64,000 bases of DNA from Candidatus Omnitrophota bacterium (GTDB lineage Bacteria; Omnitrophota; Gorgyraeia; Gorgyraeales; Gorgyraeaceae), in NCBI GenBank assembly GCA_043814965.1, contig JBDRJN010000006.1:71838-135837 (forward strand). Reading direction: 5' to 3'. Below the pieces are notes generated by a model that searched no databases, was not told the DNA's origin, and saw nothing but the letters and a program-made list of their open reading frames with translations. The translations under genes were made by a program, and so were the position numbers. Below are positions 10,201 through 18,747 of this stretch, in pieces; the first letter of the stretch is position 1; the number at the start of each line of letters is the position of its first letter.

Positions 10201-10829
10201 GGCCTATAATAATGACCACTATGACTACAGTATTAGGGCTTTTTCCTCTGGCGCTTGGGATATCAGAAGGGTCAGAGCTTCAGAGCCCTATGGCTATAAC
10301 GGTGATGGGAGGGCTTACTATATCGACTATACTTACACTTTTTGTCATACCCTGCATATATACACTTGTAGCAGACTTTATCTCATCAAGGGTCCTTAAA
10401 GTACAGCCAATAGCTGTGAGCGCAGTGGAAGAACCCGCAGTCTTAAGACCTGGTGAGATCAGGGCTATCATGATACCTCCGCCTAACTGGTTGGCAGCCA
10501 AACCCCCCAGAGAAGAAAAGATAGACGAGCCTATAGAGGAAAGAGAAGGACCTATGCAGGAAGAAGGGCCTGTTATCGGAGATGCAAAAGTCCCAAAAGA
10601 AATTATTGTAAAAGAAGGCTCTTTCCAATTGAATAGAAGGCAGAAAAAACTTCTGGAGCACCTGAAGACAGTGGATCATATTACACGTAAAGAATACGCG
10701 GTCCTTTTTAATATATCGATAGCAACTGCAGCGAGGGACCTGAAGGAATTGCTGGAGAATGGGTCTTTGACCGCGAGCGGCCCTCTTGGGCCTGGGCGCT
10801 GGTATGAATTAAAAATGGGTAACGGGTAA
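7233..10829 (+). CDS. RND (HAE1/AcrB-family) inner-membrane efflux permease with a fused C-terminal winged-HTH-like domain (1198 aa)
   Basis: Canonical AcrB architecture: 12 TM segments and two large periplasmic loops, with conserved motifs (GGLALGIGMLVDNAIVVIENI, RLRPIIMTTMTTVLGLFPLAL). A C-terminal K/E/P-rich linker of about 60 aa is followed by LNRRQKKLLEHLKTVDHITRKEYAVLFNISIATAARDLKELLENGSLTASGPLGPGRWYEL. This matches the wHTH found at the C-terminus of Fic and divergent-AAA 'RecG C-terminal' proteins. Confidence 0.85.
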   Translation: MSLPHFSVDKPVTTSMIFVGILLLGVISLTRLPQELFPSVNFPQLTIVTTYENAAPEEVETLITKIIEETVGTVGSIKRVSSISKEGVSIVTAEFNWGTNMDFASLGVREKIDLVKERLPLGSADPIVMKFNPFELPVVTLSVTGKHSPAELLRLSRKFIKDELEKVEGVASCSVNGGLEREILVSVDAGRLYASKIAITKIVDGLRSSNLNYPAGTIEEHFYEYLIRTMGEFKLIPEIQETIIGKDEEEDKGYMNPNREEAKTDIRASRLILLKDVAEIKDTFQEKTNISRYNGKENISVSVQKQASANTLRVADKVRDKLEDIKRDLPKGMDVTIIYDQSIFIKKSISGVMDAAVQGGMLAFIVLFVFLRNVKASFVVAFSMPVSIMVAFTLMYFNGITLNMLSLGGLALGIGMLVDNAIVVIENIYVHFNRTRDMKESSKFGASEMSANLFSSTLTTVAVFLPMVFVVGVAGQLFKELAFTVIFSLLASLLVALSLIPRLAAMGGSNPKKVKAISTANFTFGLGPIYNKFIPIVLRFRWLFLLFVMGIFVLSIGLFPFIDKEFMPKVDQREFIMRVNMPNGTRLNITDRVVKRVENILLETKELEGIAVTIGSSKSKGDSQSLEMMSSSQSQIIVALKKDRKLAHTSKVIERLKDQFDKLNLEGAEIEYILQESFFKSAMQGSAPIVIEIKGKNLENIEEVSKYIQENIANIGGIYGVRTSLSEPSPETKVNVIQDRAALYNLSTGVISQAAHAAIKGAVATKFKEEGKEIDIRVRLRNEDRSKLSNLRNILIHSPLDIEVPLSEVAYITQGVGPSEIKRLDQQRVILVTANLSERPLNKVIKDVEVLIKETEETMAEKINASKSAEKDITITLSGESQQMGESFSSLAFALMLSILLVYMIMASQFESLWQPFIIMFTMPLSLTGVFAILFITRTPISVVVMLGVIILGGIVVNNGIILIDCINALVKEGKTIMEAAIESGSARLRPIIMTTMTTVLGLFPLALGISEGSELQSPMAITVMGGLTISTILTLFVIPCIYTLVADFISSRVLKVQPIAVSAVEEPAVLRPGEIRAIMIPPPNWLAAKPPREEKIDEPIEEREGPMQEEGPVIGDAKVPKEIIVKEGSFQLNRRQKKLLEHLKTVDHITRKEYAVLFNISIATAARDLKELLENGSLTASGPLGPGRWYELKMGNG

Positions 10830-10838
10830 CCCGAACTT

Positions 10839-13800
10839 ATGAATCTATCAGAATTTTCAGTTAGAAGGCCAATAACTATTTTAATGCTTTTTGTTGCAGT
10901 AGTTCTCATAGGGGTAGTTTCTCTATCAAGGCTTCCTGTTGAACTTATGCCCAATATCTCCTATGGAGATATGAGTATTATTATAGCTGTCAGGGGCGGT
11001 ATGCCGCCAGAAGAAGTCGAGACGCTTGTTACAAAGCCGGTTGAAGAGGCTGTAAGTACTGTTAATTATCTGCAGAATATATACTCTACTTCCAAGGCCG
11101 GAGAATCAAGGGTATCTCTGGAGTTCGAACCTGGCACTGATATGAATTTTGCAGCCCTTGAAGTAAGAGAAAAATTTTCAAAGGTAAGAGATAAGCTCCC
11201 CAAAGAGATACAAAAACCTATAATAGCTCAATACAAGGAATCCGACAGGCCTGTCTATCTCTTGGCAGTCATGGGGGAGGGGTATACTCCTGAGGCTATG
11301 CGAAAGATCGTGGATGAGCAGTTCAAAGAAAGCCTCTTGCGTATAGAAGGGGTCGCGAACGTAGAAGTATATGGAGGAAGAGAAAGAAAGATCCTGGTCG
11401 ATATAAGGAAGAACAAGCTAAAACAATATAATATACCCATAGATCTTGTTGTCAATGCGCTTGGATCTAATAACTTGAATCTATTGGCAGGGGACATAGA
11501 GCAGGATTACAATAAATATCTGGTAAGGATAATAGGCGAATTTAAATCCTTGGATTATATAAAAAATATCGGTATCAGCGCTTCTCCGGAAGGCCATATT
11601 ATAAAACTCGGTGAAGTCGCGGACGTAAAGGACTCTTTTTTAGAACCTACCAGTTATGCCAGGACGGATATAGAACCAGTGGTATCCGTAAGTATACAGA
11701 AAGAATCCACCGCTAACACTATAGATGTGGTAGCCAATATAGAAAAACAACTTGGCATATTAAAAAGAGGCATCGATAAAAAGATAGTCATAAAGACCAC
11801 TCTTAATCAAGCTGTTACCATACAAGAGGCAATAAAATCAGTCCAGACATCTCTTTTGTACGGCGCTATGTTGGCAATAATGGTGCTTTTATTGTTTTTA
11901 AGGGACCCGCGCATTACTTCTATCATAGGGGTCACTATCCCCATATCAGTCATGGCTACTTTTATATTGATGTATTTCAACAAGATCACGATCAATGTCA
12001 TGACGCTGAGCGGCCTTGCGCTCGGCATAGGTATGCTCGTGGATAATTCTATAGTAGTGCTTGATAATGTTGACAAAAAAAGGCAGGACGTGGATTTCTC
12101 CAAACAAAACTGGAAGGAAGTATATACTGACGCGGTCATAACAGGTTCTTCAGAAGTAGGGCTTGCGATACTTGCTTCTACCATTACGACAATAGTCGTG
12201 TTTTTGCCATTTATATTTGTCAATAAAGAGACACAGATGCTTTGGGGAGGGCTTGCCCTGACAGTGACATTTTCACTCCTTAGTTCATTGTTTGTGTCCT
12301 TGACTATAGTGCCTATGCTTTCTGATAAGATAAAACACCCGCCCAAAAAACCAAAGAAGCCCAAAAAGAGCTTTTTAAAAAGCAGCATTTTCTTAAAAAT
12401 ACCTGTGTATTATAGAAAGGCCCTGGAATTGGGATTAGTGTACAGATATTTTATGGTATTGGGCGCATTTATAGTGTTGCTCCTTATGCTGTTTTTGGGC
12501 GCAGGCATAGACAAGGAATTTATGGCAGGCTCTGAAGAGGGCAGGTTCACTATGTTTGTAGAGCTTGAGCCAGGCGCAAAACTCGACGTGACAGACGAGA
12601 TGGTCAAGGAGATGGAACAGCTTATTACCAAGATACCCGAGATAAAGACATTTAGCGCAAGGATCGAACCTTGGTCCAGCAAGATATATGTCAAGCTTGT
12701 GCCTTTAGCCCAGAGGGAGCGCTCGACAAAGGTTGTTATCGATTATATAAGAGCTGAGGCAAAGGCAATAGAGCAAAAATATAAAGGAGGTTTCATATAT
12801 TTTTCTGAGATAGAAGAGAAAGGTTTAAAGGAAATAGTGCTGGACTTATATGGTTATGAATATGAGCCTCTAAAGGAAACAGCTGTCTCTATCGCTACAA
12901 GGCTTGGGGCTGTCGAGGGATTTCAGGATATAAGGATGTCCAGGATAAGCGGCAGGCCTGAATGGGCGATAGAAGTTGACAGAGAAAAAGCAGCTATTTT
13001 TGGGCTTACTGTAAAAGATGTGGCGGATACTATCCACTCAGAGATGAGAGGGTTAAGGGCGACATTATTTCATACCGAGTCGAGAGAGATAGAGACAGTT
13101 TCTCGTTTGATAAAAGAAGACAGAGCGAGGTTAGATGACCTTAAAAAACTCCCTATTTTCGCGAAGAACGGAAACCCGATATTGCTGGAACAGGTAGCGA
13201 GCTTTACTCCGCAGATAGGTTCCAGCGAGATAGTAAGAAAAAACAAGATGAGAGTAGTGCATATAACTTCCATGATCACGAATATGTCACTTATCACAGC
13301 AGTTAGTAAGGTAAGAGAAGCCCTGAAGGACATGGAGTTCCCGACAGATTATTATTACAGGATAGGAGGGAGTTTTGAGAGGGACCAGAGGAATGAGAAA
13401 GAGTTGTGGGCTTTTCCGACCGGTGTATTATGGATAACTTTGTTTTTGGTCTATCTTGTCCTTGCCTCGCTTTTTGAATCTTATATCCAGCCTTTTATTA
13501 TCATGATATCTGTACCGCTCGCTATTATAGGAATAATACTTGCATTGAAGATATCCCATAAGCCTATCAGCAGGGGTGTAATAATAGGCGCTATAATGCT
13601 GGCAGGTATTGTCGTCAATAATGCGATCGTCCTCGTGGACAGGATAAATTTTTTACGTAAACAAAAAGGATCTACGGAAGAAGATGAGGCAGAGGATCTA
13701 TGGAATTCTCTTATTACTGCAGGAGAAGACCGATTAAGGCCGATAGCAATGACTACTGCTACTACTATATTGGGGCTTGTCCCAATGGCGCTTGATAAGA

Positions 13801-14018
13801 GTGAATCCGCAAATCTCTGGGCGCCGCTTGCGATCACTGTGATAGGGGGCATGACTTCTTCGACCTTGCTCACCTTGTTTGTAGTACCAGGTATATATCT
13901 TATATTCGAAGATGTGAAGAATATAGTACTTAAACCAAAAGAGTTAATATTATTTGTCCAAAATAAAATATATGGTATAATAAATAGAAAGACTACTTAT
14001 GATACAGATAGATTATAG
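10839..14018 (+). CDS. Second RND (AcrB-family) efflux permease, a tandem paralogue
   Basis: Same AcrB-like motif set (GLALGIGMLVDNSIVVLDNV, RLRPIAMTTATTILGLVPMAL) in 1059 aa. It contains a lysine-rich HPPKKPKKPKKSF tract in a periplasmic/linker region. Confidence 0.85.
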   Translation: MNLSEFSVRRPITILMLFVAVVLIGVVSLSRLPVELMPNISYGDMSIIIAVRGGMPPEEVETLVTKPVEEAVSTVNYLQNIYSTSKAGESRVSLEFEPGTDMNFAALEVREKFSKVRDKLPKEIQKPIIAQYKESDRPVYLLAVMGEGYTPEAMRKIVDEQFKESLLRIEGVANVEVYGGRERKILVDIRKNKLKQYNIPIDLVVNALGSNNLNLLAGDIEQDYNKYLVRIIGEFKSLDYIKNIGISASPEGHIIKLGEVADVKDSFLEPTSYARTDIEPVVSVSIQKESTANTIDVVANIEKQLGILKRGIDKKIVIKTTLNQAVTIQEAIKSVQTSLLYGAMLAIMVLLLFLRDPRITSIIGVTIPISVMATFILMYFNKITINVMTLSGLALGIGMLVDNSIVVLDNVDKKRQDVDFSKQNWKEVYTDAVITGSSEVGLAILASTITTIVVFLPFIFVNKETQMLWGGLALTVTFSLLSSLFVSLTIVPMLSDKIKHPPKKPKKPKKSFLKSSIFLKIPVYYRKALELGLVYRYFMVLGAFIVLLLMLFLGAGIDKEFMAGSEEGRFTMFVELEPGAKLDVTDEMVKEMEQLITKIPEIKTFSARIEPWSSKIYVKLVPLAQRERSTKVVIDYIRAEAKAIEQKYKGGFIYFSEIEEKGLKEIVLDLYGYEYEPLKETAVSIATRLGAVEGFQDIRMSRISGRPEWAIEVDREKAAIFGLTVKDVADTIHSEMRGLRATLFHTESREIETVSRLIKEDRARLDDLKKLPIFAKNGNPILLEQVASFTPQIGSSEIVRKNKMRVVHITSMITNMSLITAVSKVREALKDMEFPTDYYYRIGGSFERDQRNEKELWAFPTGVLWITLFLVYLVLASLFESYIQPFIIMISVPLAIIGIILALKISHKPISRGVIIGAIMLAGIVVNNAIVLVDRINFLRKQKGSTEEDEAEDLWNSLITAGEDRLRPIAMTTATTILGLVPMALDKSESANLWAPLAITVIGGMTSSTLLTLFVVPGIYLIFEDVKNIVLKPKELILFVQNKIYGIINRKTTYDTDRL

Positions 14019-14042
14019 GGTGTCTTTCAAATGAGGTAAAAT

Positions 14043-15788
14043 ATGGATAAAAGCGTTCGTACGATCCTGACTATTCTTATAGTACTTGTGATCCTGAGCA
14101 GTTTTAGTACAGCATGGTTTTTTCTTGCCAAAGAGAGAATTTACACGGATTATCTCAGCCTGGAGAATCTTTTTAAGACGAGTGTGGAGAGGCTTAATAG
14201 AAAGCTTACTGCTTCAAACAGGAATAATAAATCTCTAGCTGCAAAATTGGAGATGGTCTCAAGAGAACTTGAATCCTTGGAGAGAAAAAACAATTCCATG
14301 GCCAGCCAATACGATAGCTTATTAAGAGAAAAAGATGAGCTAAAGAGGGAAGTCGCAAGGGTTCAAAAAGGCAAATTTTTCCTGGATAAGAGAGTAAGGA
14401 GTATGGAATCAGATGAATTTATGGCAAGGCTATTAAAAGATAAGGCTTCGCTGGAAGTCGAGGTGAATGGCTTGAAAAATATGGCCGGGCCAAAGGATAT
14501 GGAGGTAGAGAAGCTCAGGGCACAGAATACTGATCTCGGGATGAAGATAGCCAGGCTTGAAAAAGAAGCGATTTTATTGGAGGGCAGGTTAAGGGATTCA
14601 GGAGAAGTCGCGGAGGCTTTAAGCAGGGACCTTTTAAAAGAAAAAGACAAGGCTAGTTCAAAGAATTTTGATATAGAAAATCTGATGAATGAAAACAGGT
14701 TATTGACGGCAAAGCTGGACCAGAATGAAAAGGTCTATGGAAAGGCCGGCAGGGCCATAGAAGAAAACGATGATCTAAGATTAAGGCTCGCAAAACTCAA
14801 AGAAGAGCTTGAGGATAAAGAAAGGGTCAGCGAACGCCTGTTGAGGTCTAAGGACGAGGAGCTAAAGAGGGTTTCAAAAGAACTTGATATCGTTGCCAGA
14901 GAGAAAGAAGATATCTCAATGACATTGTTTGCATTACAAAAAGACTTGAATACAAAAGATACAGAGATAGCTAAGTTGAATCGGTCGCTCTCAGATAAAT
15001 TCGATACTAAAAAAGAACTCAAAGAGACATCCGAGAGGATAAACAGCCTCCTGTCAGAACGAGAAGATATGAGGCTTAGGATGTATGCGCTGGAGAAAGA
15101 CCTGGAGACAAAGGACAAGGTAAAAAGCAGTTTATTGAAAGGCCAGGCCGCAGGTGTAAAGAATTTTGATAATATCATACAGGAAAATGAAAGTCTTAGG
15201 TCGCATATAGCAAAACTGGAAAAGGACCTTAAGGGCCAGGATAGGCTTAGAAAAAAACTGGTCAAGATGAAGGCGGAAGAGCTTGATGAGGTTTCGAGAA
15301 AATATAGCAGCCTCCTTAATGAGAGGGAAGATCTCAGGATAAAGCTCGTCAAGCTGGAAAAATATCTGAATTCCAAGAATATAGAGCTTGGCGGGTTGAG
15401 TTCTATGCTGGCAAGTAATACGGATCACAGCACACCTTATAGGGCAGAGGCATATCATACACTGAAAGAAGTCGATCTTCCTCCGATAGTATTACAGAGA
15501 GAAGGAGAGAGCAGCGCAACCAGTGGTATTACTGGTGCCAGGATAGCGTCGGGCTCTGAGAGCAGGGCAAGAGTAGTCACTATAAATAGAGAACATAAGT
15601 TTGTAGTCATAGATATAGGCCAGGAATACAATGTCGATGTAGGAGATAGATTCAGTGTTTATAGAGGGGATGATATAATAGGACTTGTAGAAGTGATACA
15701 AGCTAGAAAGAAGATAGCAGCTTGTGACATAAAAGATGAAAAGAGCGGATTCACCATAGAATCCGGAGATATCGTCAAAAAGAGATAG
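14043..15788 (+). CDS. Membrane-anchored long coiled-coil protein with internal repeats of about 45 aa and a C-terminal small beta-barrel (OB/PRC-like) domain
   Basis: An N-terminal TM helix (ILTILIVLVILSSFSTAWFFLA) is followed by about 450 aa of heptad-like E/K/L-rich sequence with repeated LEKDL.TKD / LSEREDMRLR...L.KLEK units. The C-terminal segment is VVTINREHKFVVIDIGQEYNVDVGDRFSVYRGDDIIGLVEVIQARKKIAACDI. Confidence 0.5.
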   Translation: MDKSVRTILTILIVLVILSSFSTAWFFLAKERIYTDYLSLENLFKTSVERLNRKLTASNRNNKSLAAKLEMVSRELESLERKNNSMASQYDSLLREKDELKREVARVQKGKFFLDKRVRSMESDEFMARLLKDKASLEVEVNGLKNMAGPKDMEVEKLRAQNTDLGMKIARLEKEAILLEGRLRDSGEVAEALSRDLLKEKDKASSKNFDIENLMNENRLLTAKLDQNEKVYGKAGRAIEENDDLRLRLAKLKEELEDKERVSERLLRSKDEELKRVSKELDIVAREKEDISMTLFALQKDLNTKDTEIAKLNRSLSDKFDTKKELKETSERINSLLSEREDMRLRMYALEKDLETKDKVKSSLLKGQAAGVKNFDNIIQENESLRSHIAKLEKDLKGQDRLRKKLVKMKAEELDEVSRKYSSLLNEREDLRIKLVKLEKYLNSKNIELGGLSSMLASNTDHSTPYRAEAYHTLKEVDLPPIVLQREGESSATSGITGARIASGSESRARVVTINREHKFVVIDIGQEYNVDVGDRFSVYRGDDIIGLVEVIQARKKIAACDIKDEKSGFTIESGDIVKKR

Positions 15789-15845
15789 GACCTTTTCTAG
15801 ATACTGCCATTCCTTTAAATAAAATAATCAATTCTAAAATTGTTT

Positions 15846-15874
15846 TTTACACTTAGAAGATTTTTTGCTACAAT
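15846..15874 (+). promoter_or_regulatory. Promoter TTTACA-N17-TACAAT ending about 9 nt before the ATG of the next gene, suggesting a leaderless mRNA
   Basis: -35 at 15846-15851, -10 at 15869-15874, ATG at 15884. No Shine-Dalgarno sequence lies between them. Confidence 0.4.
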
Positions 15875-15883
15875 GTAAGCTAT

Positions 15884-16891
15884 ATGAGAATAGGCATAAC
15901 TGGTTCGCCTCAAAGCGGAAAGACATCTATATTTAAAATATTATTAGGCAATCTGGATATATCCAGCAGTATAGGAGTGTTTAGGCCTACTGATAAGAGG
16001 ATAGAAAGATTAGTAGAGATATACAATTCTAAGAAAAAGACATACCCTGAACTTACATTTATAGAAGTAGGATCCGCAGGAAACCTTACAAAGAAAGACC
16101 TATCCAATCTGGGAGACCTTGATTTATTTATATGTGTTGTAGGGAGTTTTTTTAGCCAGGACCCGAAGAAGGATTTTGATAGCATCTTGACGGATCTCAT
16201 ATTACATGACCTCGAGGTAATACAAAATAGACTGGCTAGATTAGAAAAAGAAAGGTCCAGAGTAAATGCTGACAAAGAAAAGGCATTGTTGGAGAAGTAT
16301 CAATCCTGCCTGTCAGATGGCGATCTGATCAGCAGTGCAGCCTCTAGCGATACCGAGCCTACTTTGCTTTCAGGGCTTTCATTCTTGACCAGTATACCTA
16401 TTATACTGGCTATAAACAGCCAGGAAGAAGAACTTGATATCTTAGACGAAAGATTAAAGCCCTTAAAAGAGCTTTCTTCTTCCAAGAATATACCGTGTGT
16501 TATTTTTTTCGGCAAAGAGGAATTGGACCTATTGGGTATAGAAGAAAAGGAAAGAGCAAGATTTTTAAAAGACCTGGGGAATAGCTATAATTTCAGGGAA
16601 GACATATCTAGGCTGATATTCGAGAAGATGGATCTGGTAACATTTTTTACAGCAGGAGAAAAAGAAGTAAGGGGTTGGCACCTTAGAAAAGGGCTGCCTA
16701 TTATAGAGGCAGCCGGGAAAATACATTCTGATATCAAAAGAGGTTTTATACGCGCAGAGGTAATAAGTTTTGATGATTTTGTCGCGCATGGTTCTATGCA
16801 TGCTGCCAAAGAAAAAGGGGTTCTGAGGTTAGAAGGCAAGGAATATATAGTAAAAGACGGGGATATCATAGATATTAGGTTTAATGTGTAA
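15884..16891 (+). CDS. ychF: YchF-like GTPase/ATPase (Obg family) with a C-terminal TGS domain
   Basis: The C-terminus (DIKRGFIRAEVISFDDFVAHGSMHAAKEKGVLRLEGKEYIVKDGDIIDIRFNV) is nearly collinear with the YchF C-terminal TGS domain. The N-terminal P-loop GITGSPQSGKTS is divergent. Confidence 0.6.
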   Translation: MRIGITGSPQSGKTSIFKILLGNLDISSSIGVFRPTDKRIERLVEIYNSKKKTYPELTFIEVGSAGNLTKKDLSNLGDLDLFICVVGSFFSQDPKKDFDSILTDLILHDLEVIQNRLARLEKERSRVNADKEKALLEKYQSCLSDGDLISSAASSDTEPTLLSGLSFLTSIPIILAINSQEEELDILDERLKPLKELSSSKNIPCVIFFGKEELDLLGIEEKERARFLKDLGNSYNFREDISRLIFEKMDLVTFFTAGEKEVRGWHLRKGLPIIEAAGKIHSDIKRGFIRAEVISFDDFVAHGSMHAAKEKGVLRLEGKEYIVKDGDIIDIRFNV

Positions 16892-16935
16892 AATTAAAAA
16901 TTAAACATTAAAATGTAAAAATAGGGGAGGGCAAT

Positions 16936-18513
16936 ATGCGGCAAGTAAAGAGGGCGCTTATCAGCGTATCTGACAAGACAGGGCTTGATGATTTTGTAAA
17001 AGGATTAGGTGAATTAGGAGTAGAGATACTTTCCACAGGCGGTACAGCAAAGCGCATAAAAGAACTTGGTATCAACGTAAAGTCTGTCTCGGATCATACT
17101 GGTTTTCCAGAGATGCTGGACGGCAGGGTAAAGACATTGCATCCAAAGATACATGGCGGGCTTCTGGCCTTGAGAGAAAAAAAAGACCACATGGAACAGG
17201 TCGCAAAACATGATATAGGCCTGATAGACATGGTGGTAGTAAATCTTTATCCATTCGAGAAGACCGTTGCCAAAGAAGGCGTGAAATTCGAAGAGGCTAT
17301 TGAAAATATAGATATAGGCGGGCCGAGCATGCTTCGCTCAGCTGCAAAGAATTTTAAAGATGTAGCGGTGATATGCAATCCCTCCAGCTATAAAGAGGTA
17401 TTGGATGAACTTAAGAAAAACGGCAGCTCTATCTCTAAAGAGCTTCATTCAAAATTGGCAGTTGAAGTATTTGAGAAGACCTCAAAGTATGATACAGCTA
17501 TATATAATTACCTAAAAGAGAAATTAGGGCCTCAAGACACAAGTCGCGTGTCACAAGCGGCAGATTTTCCAGATAACATGGAATTGAAATTTGAGAAAGT
17601 GCAATCTTTGCGATATGGAGAGAACCCGCATCAAAAGGCCTGTTTTTATAAGGATAAGTCTATAAATGCTGTCGGTATAAGCAACGCAAAGCAGCTTCAT
17701 GGAAAAGAGTTATCATTCAATAATATAATAGACCTTGATAGCGCGCTTGAGATAGTAAAGCCGTTCAAAGAACCTGCTGCAAGTGTGATAAAGCACACAA
17801 ATCCCTGCGGCGCTGCTTCTGGAGAGACGCTCGCGAAGGCCTATATAGATGCGCTGGATTGCGATAGGGTCTCGGCTTTTGGAAGTATCGTAGGCTTAAA
17901 TAAGATCGTAGACAAAGATACAGCAGAGGCTATTGCCTCAGCTGGTTTCACCGAATGCGTAATAGCGCCGGGTTATGACAAGGAAGCCCTCAGCATCTTA
18001 ACTGCAAAAAAGAATCTGCGTCTTATAGAGGTGGGAGAGTTAAAAGGTATTGAGAAGGACTATGACCTCAAAAAAGTCGTAGGAGGGCTTTTGATCCAGG
18101 ATAGGGATATACTGGGAATAGATGAAAAAGACCTAAAGGTTGTAACAAAGAAAAGCCCTACCAAGGAAGAACTTGCTTCTTTAATATTTGGATGGAAGGT
18201 CATAAAACATGTAAAGAGCAATGCTATTTTATTGAGCCAGGGCACAAAGGCTGTTGGTGTCGGCGCAGGACAGATGTCGAGGGTCGACTCAATGATCATA
18301 GCTATACGTAAGTCAGGCGCAAGGTGCAAAGGCTCGACTTGTGCGAGTGACGCATTTTTTCCAAAAGAAGATGCGATAATCGAGGCAAAAAAAGCAGGCA
18401 TTACCAGCATTATACAACCGGGCGGTTCTATAAAGGATGAGGATGTAATAAAGGCATGCGATGATGCTGGCATAAGCATGGTATTTACAGGCAGACGACA
18501 CTTCAAGCATTGA
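16936..18513 (+). CDS. purH: Bifunctional AICAR transformylase / IMP cyclohydrolase
   Basis: The N-terminal MGS-like domain (RALISVSDKTGLDDFVKGLGELGVEILSTGGTAK...TGFPEMLDGRVKTLHPKIHGGLLA) plus the AICARFT domain (NPCGAASGE). GGGAGG RBS. Confidence 0.9.
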   Translation: MRQVKRALISVSDKTGLDDFVKGLGELGVEILSTGGTAKRIKELGINVKSVSDHTGFPEMLDGRVKTLHPKIHGGLLALREKKDHMEQVAKHDIGLIDMVVVNLYPFEKTVAKEGVKFEEAIENIDIGGPSMLRSAAKNFKDVAVICNPSSYKEVLDELKKNGSSISKELHSKLAVEVFEKTSKYDTAIYNYLKEKLGPQDTSRVSQAADFPDNMELKFEKVQSLRYGENPHQKACFYKDKSINAVGISNAKQLHGKELSFNNIIDLDSALEIVKPFKEPAASVIKHTNPCGAASGETLAKAYIDALDCDRVSAFGSIVGLNKIVDKDTAEAIASAGFTECVIAPGYDKEALSILTAKKNLRLIEVGELKGIEKDYDLKKVVGGLLIQDRDILGIDEKDLKVVTKKSPTKEELASLIFGWKVIKHVKSNAILLSQGTKAVGVGAGQMSRVDSMIIAIRKSGARCKGSTCASDAFFPKEDAIIEAKKAGITSIIQPGGSIKDEDVIKACDDAGISMVFTGRRHFKH

Positions 18514-18550
18514 TAATAGAAGGCGGGGTTACTCACTCATATGAAAATTT

Positions 18551-18579
18551 CCCCCGAAACTTCGGGGTTGCCTTTTATT
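18551..18579 (+). terminator. Rho-independent terminator downstream of purH: CCCCGA-AACT-TCGGGG followed by a T-rich tract
   Basis: The hairpin cccccgaaacttcgggg is followed by ttgccttttatt. A second 8-bp-stem hairpin, GGCACCGC...GCGGTGCC, lies at 18606-18631. Confidence 0.5.
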
Positions 18580-18747
18580 CAGCATTTTTCGGGGCTTAAA
18601 AAACTAGGCACCGCAAAATCTGACGCGGTGCCGTCAAACAGTTTTAAGCCTTTTGGCCTCATAGAATGGGGCGTAGAAACCGAAAAATTCTTCATAAAAG
18701 TCTAAATTTTCAAATTCGTTCGTAATCCCCGCCTCCTATTATTATTT

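Noticed and set aside
8516-10219. Long antisense ORFs (286 aa, 240 aa and 197 aa on the - strand) inside the first RND permease gene
   Set aside because: They lie entirely within a well-supported, conserved AcrB-family coding sequence on the opposite strand. Their products are low-complexity and S/I/L-rich, typical of antisense frames of membrane-protein genes. No promoter or RBS evidence supports them.
12337-12366. Lysine-rich PKKPKKPKK tract (AAAAAACCAAAGAAGCCCAAAAAG) in the second RND pump as a possible slippage site
   Set aside because: It is short and imperfect at the nucleotide level. It is more likely just a basic linker, so it is noted but not considered significant.
18514-18747. Calling the purH-folC intergenic structure a ZTP or THF riboswitch
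   Set aside because: I could not match the conserved core nucleotides of either class by eye. It is kept as an unassigned structured region that needs a covariance-model scan.
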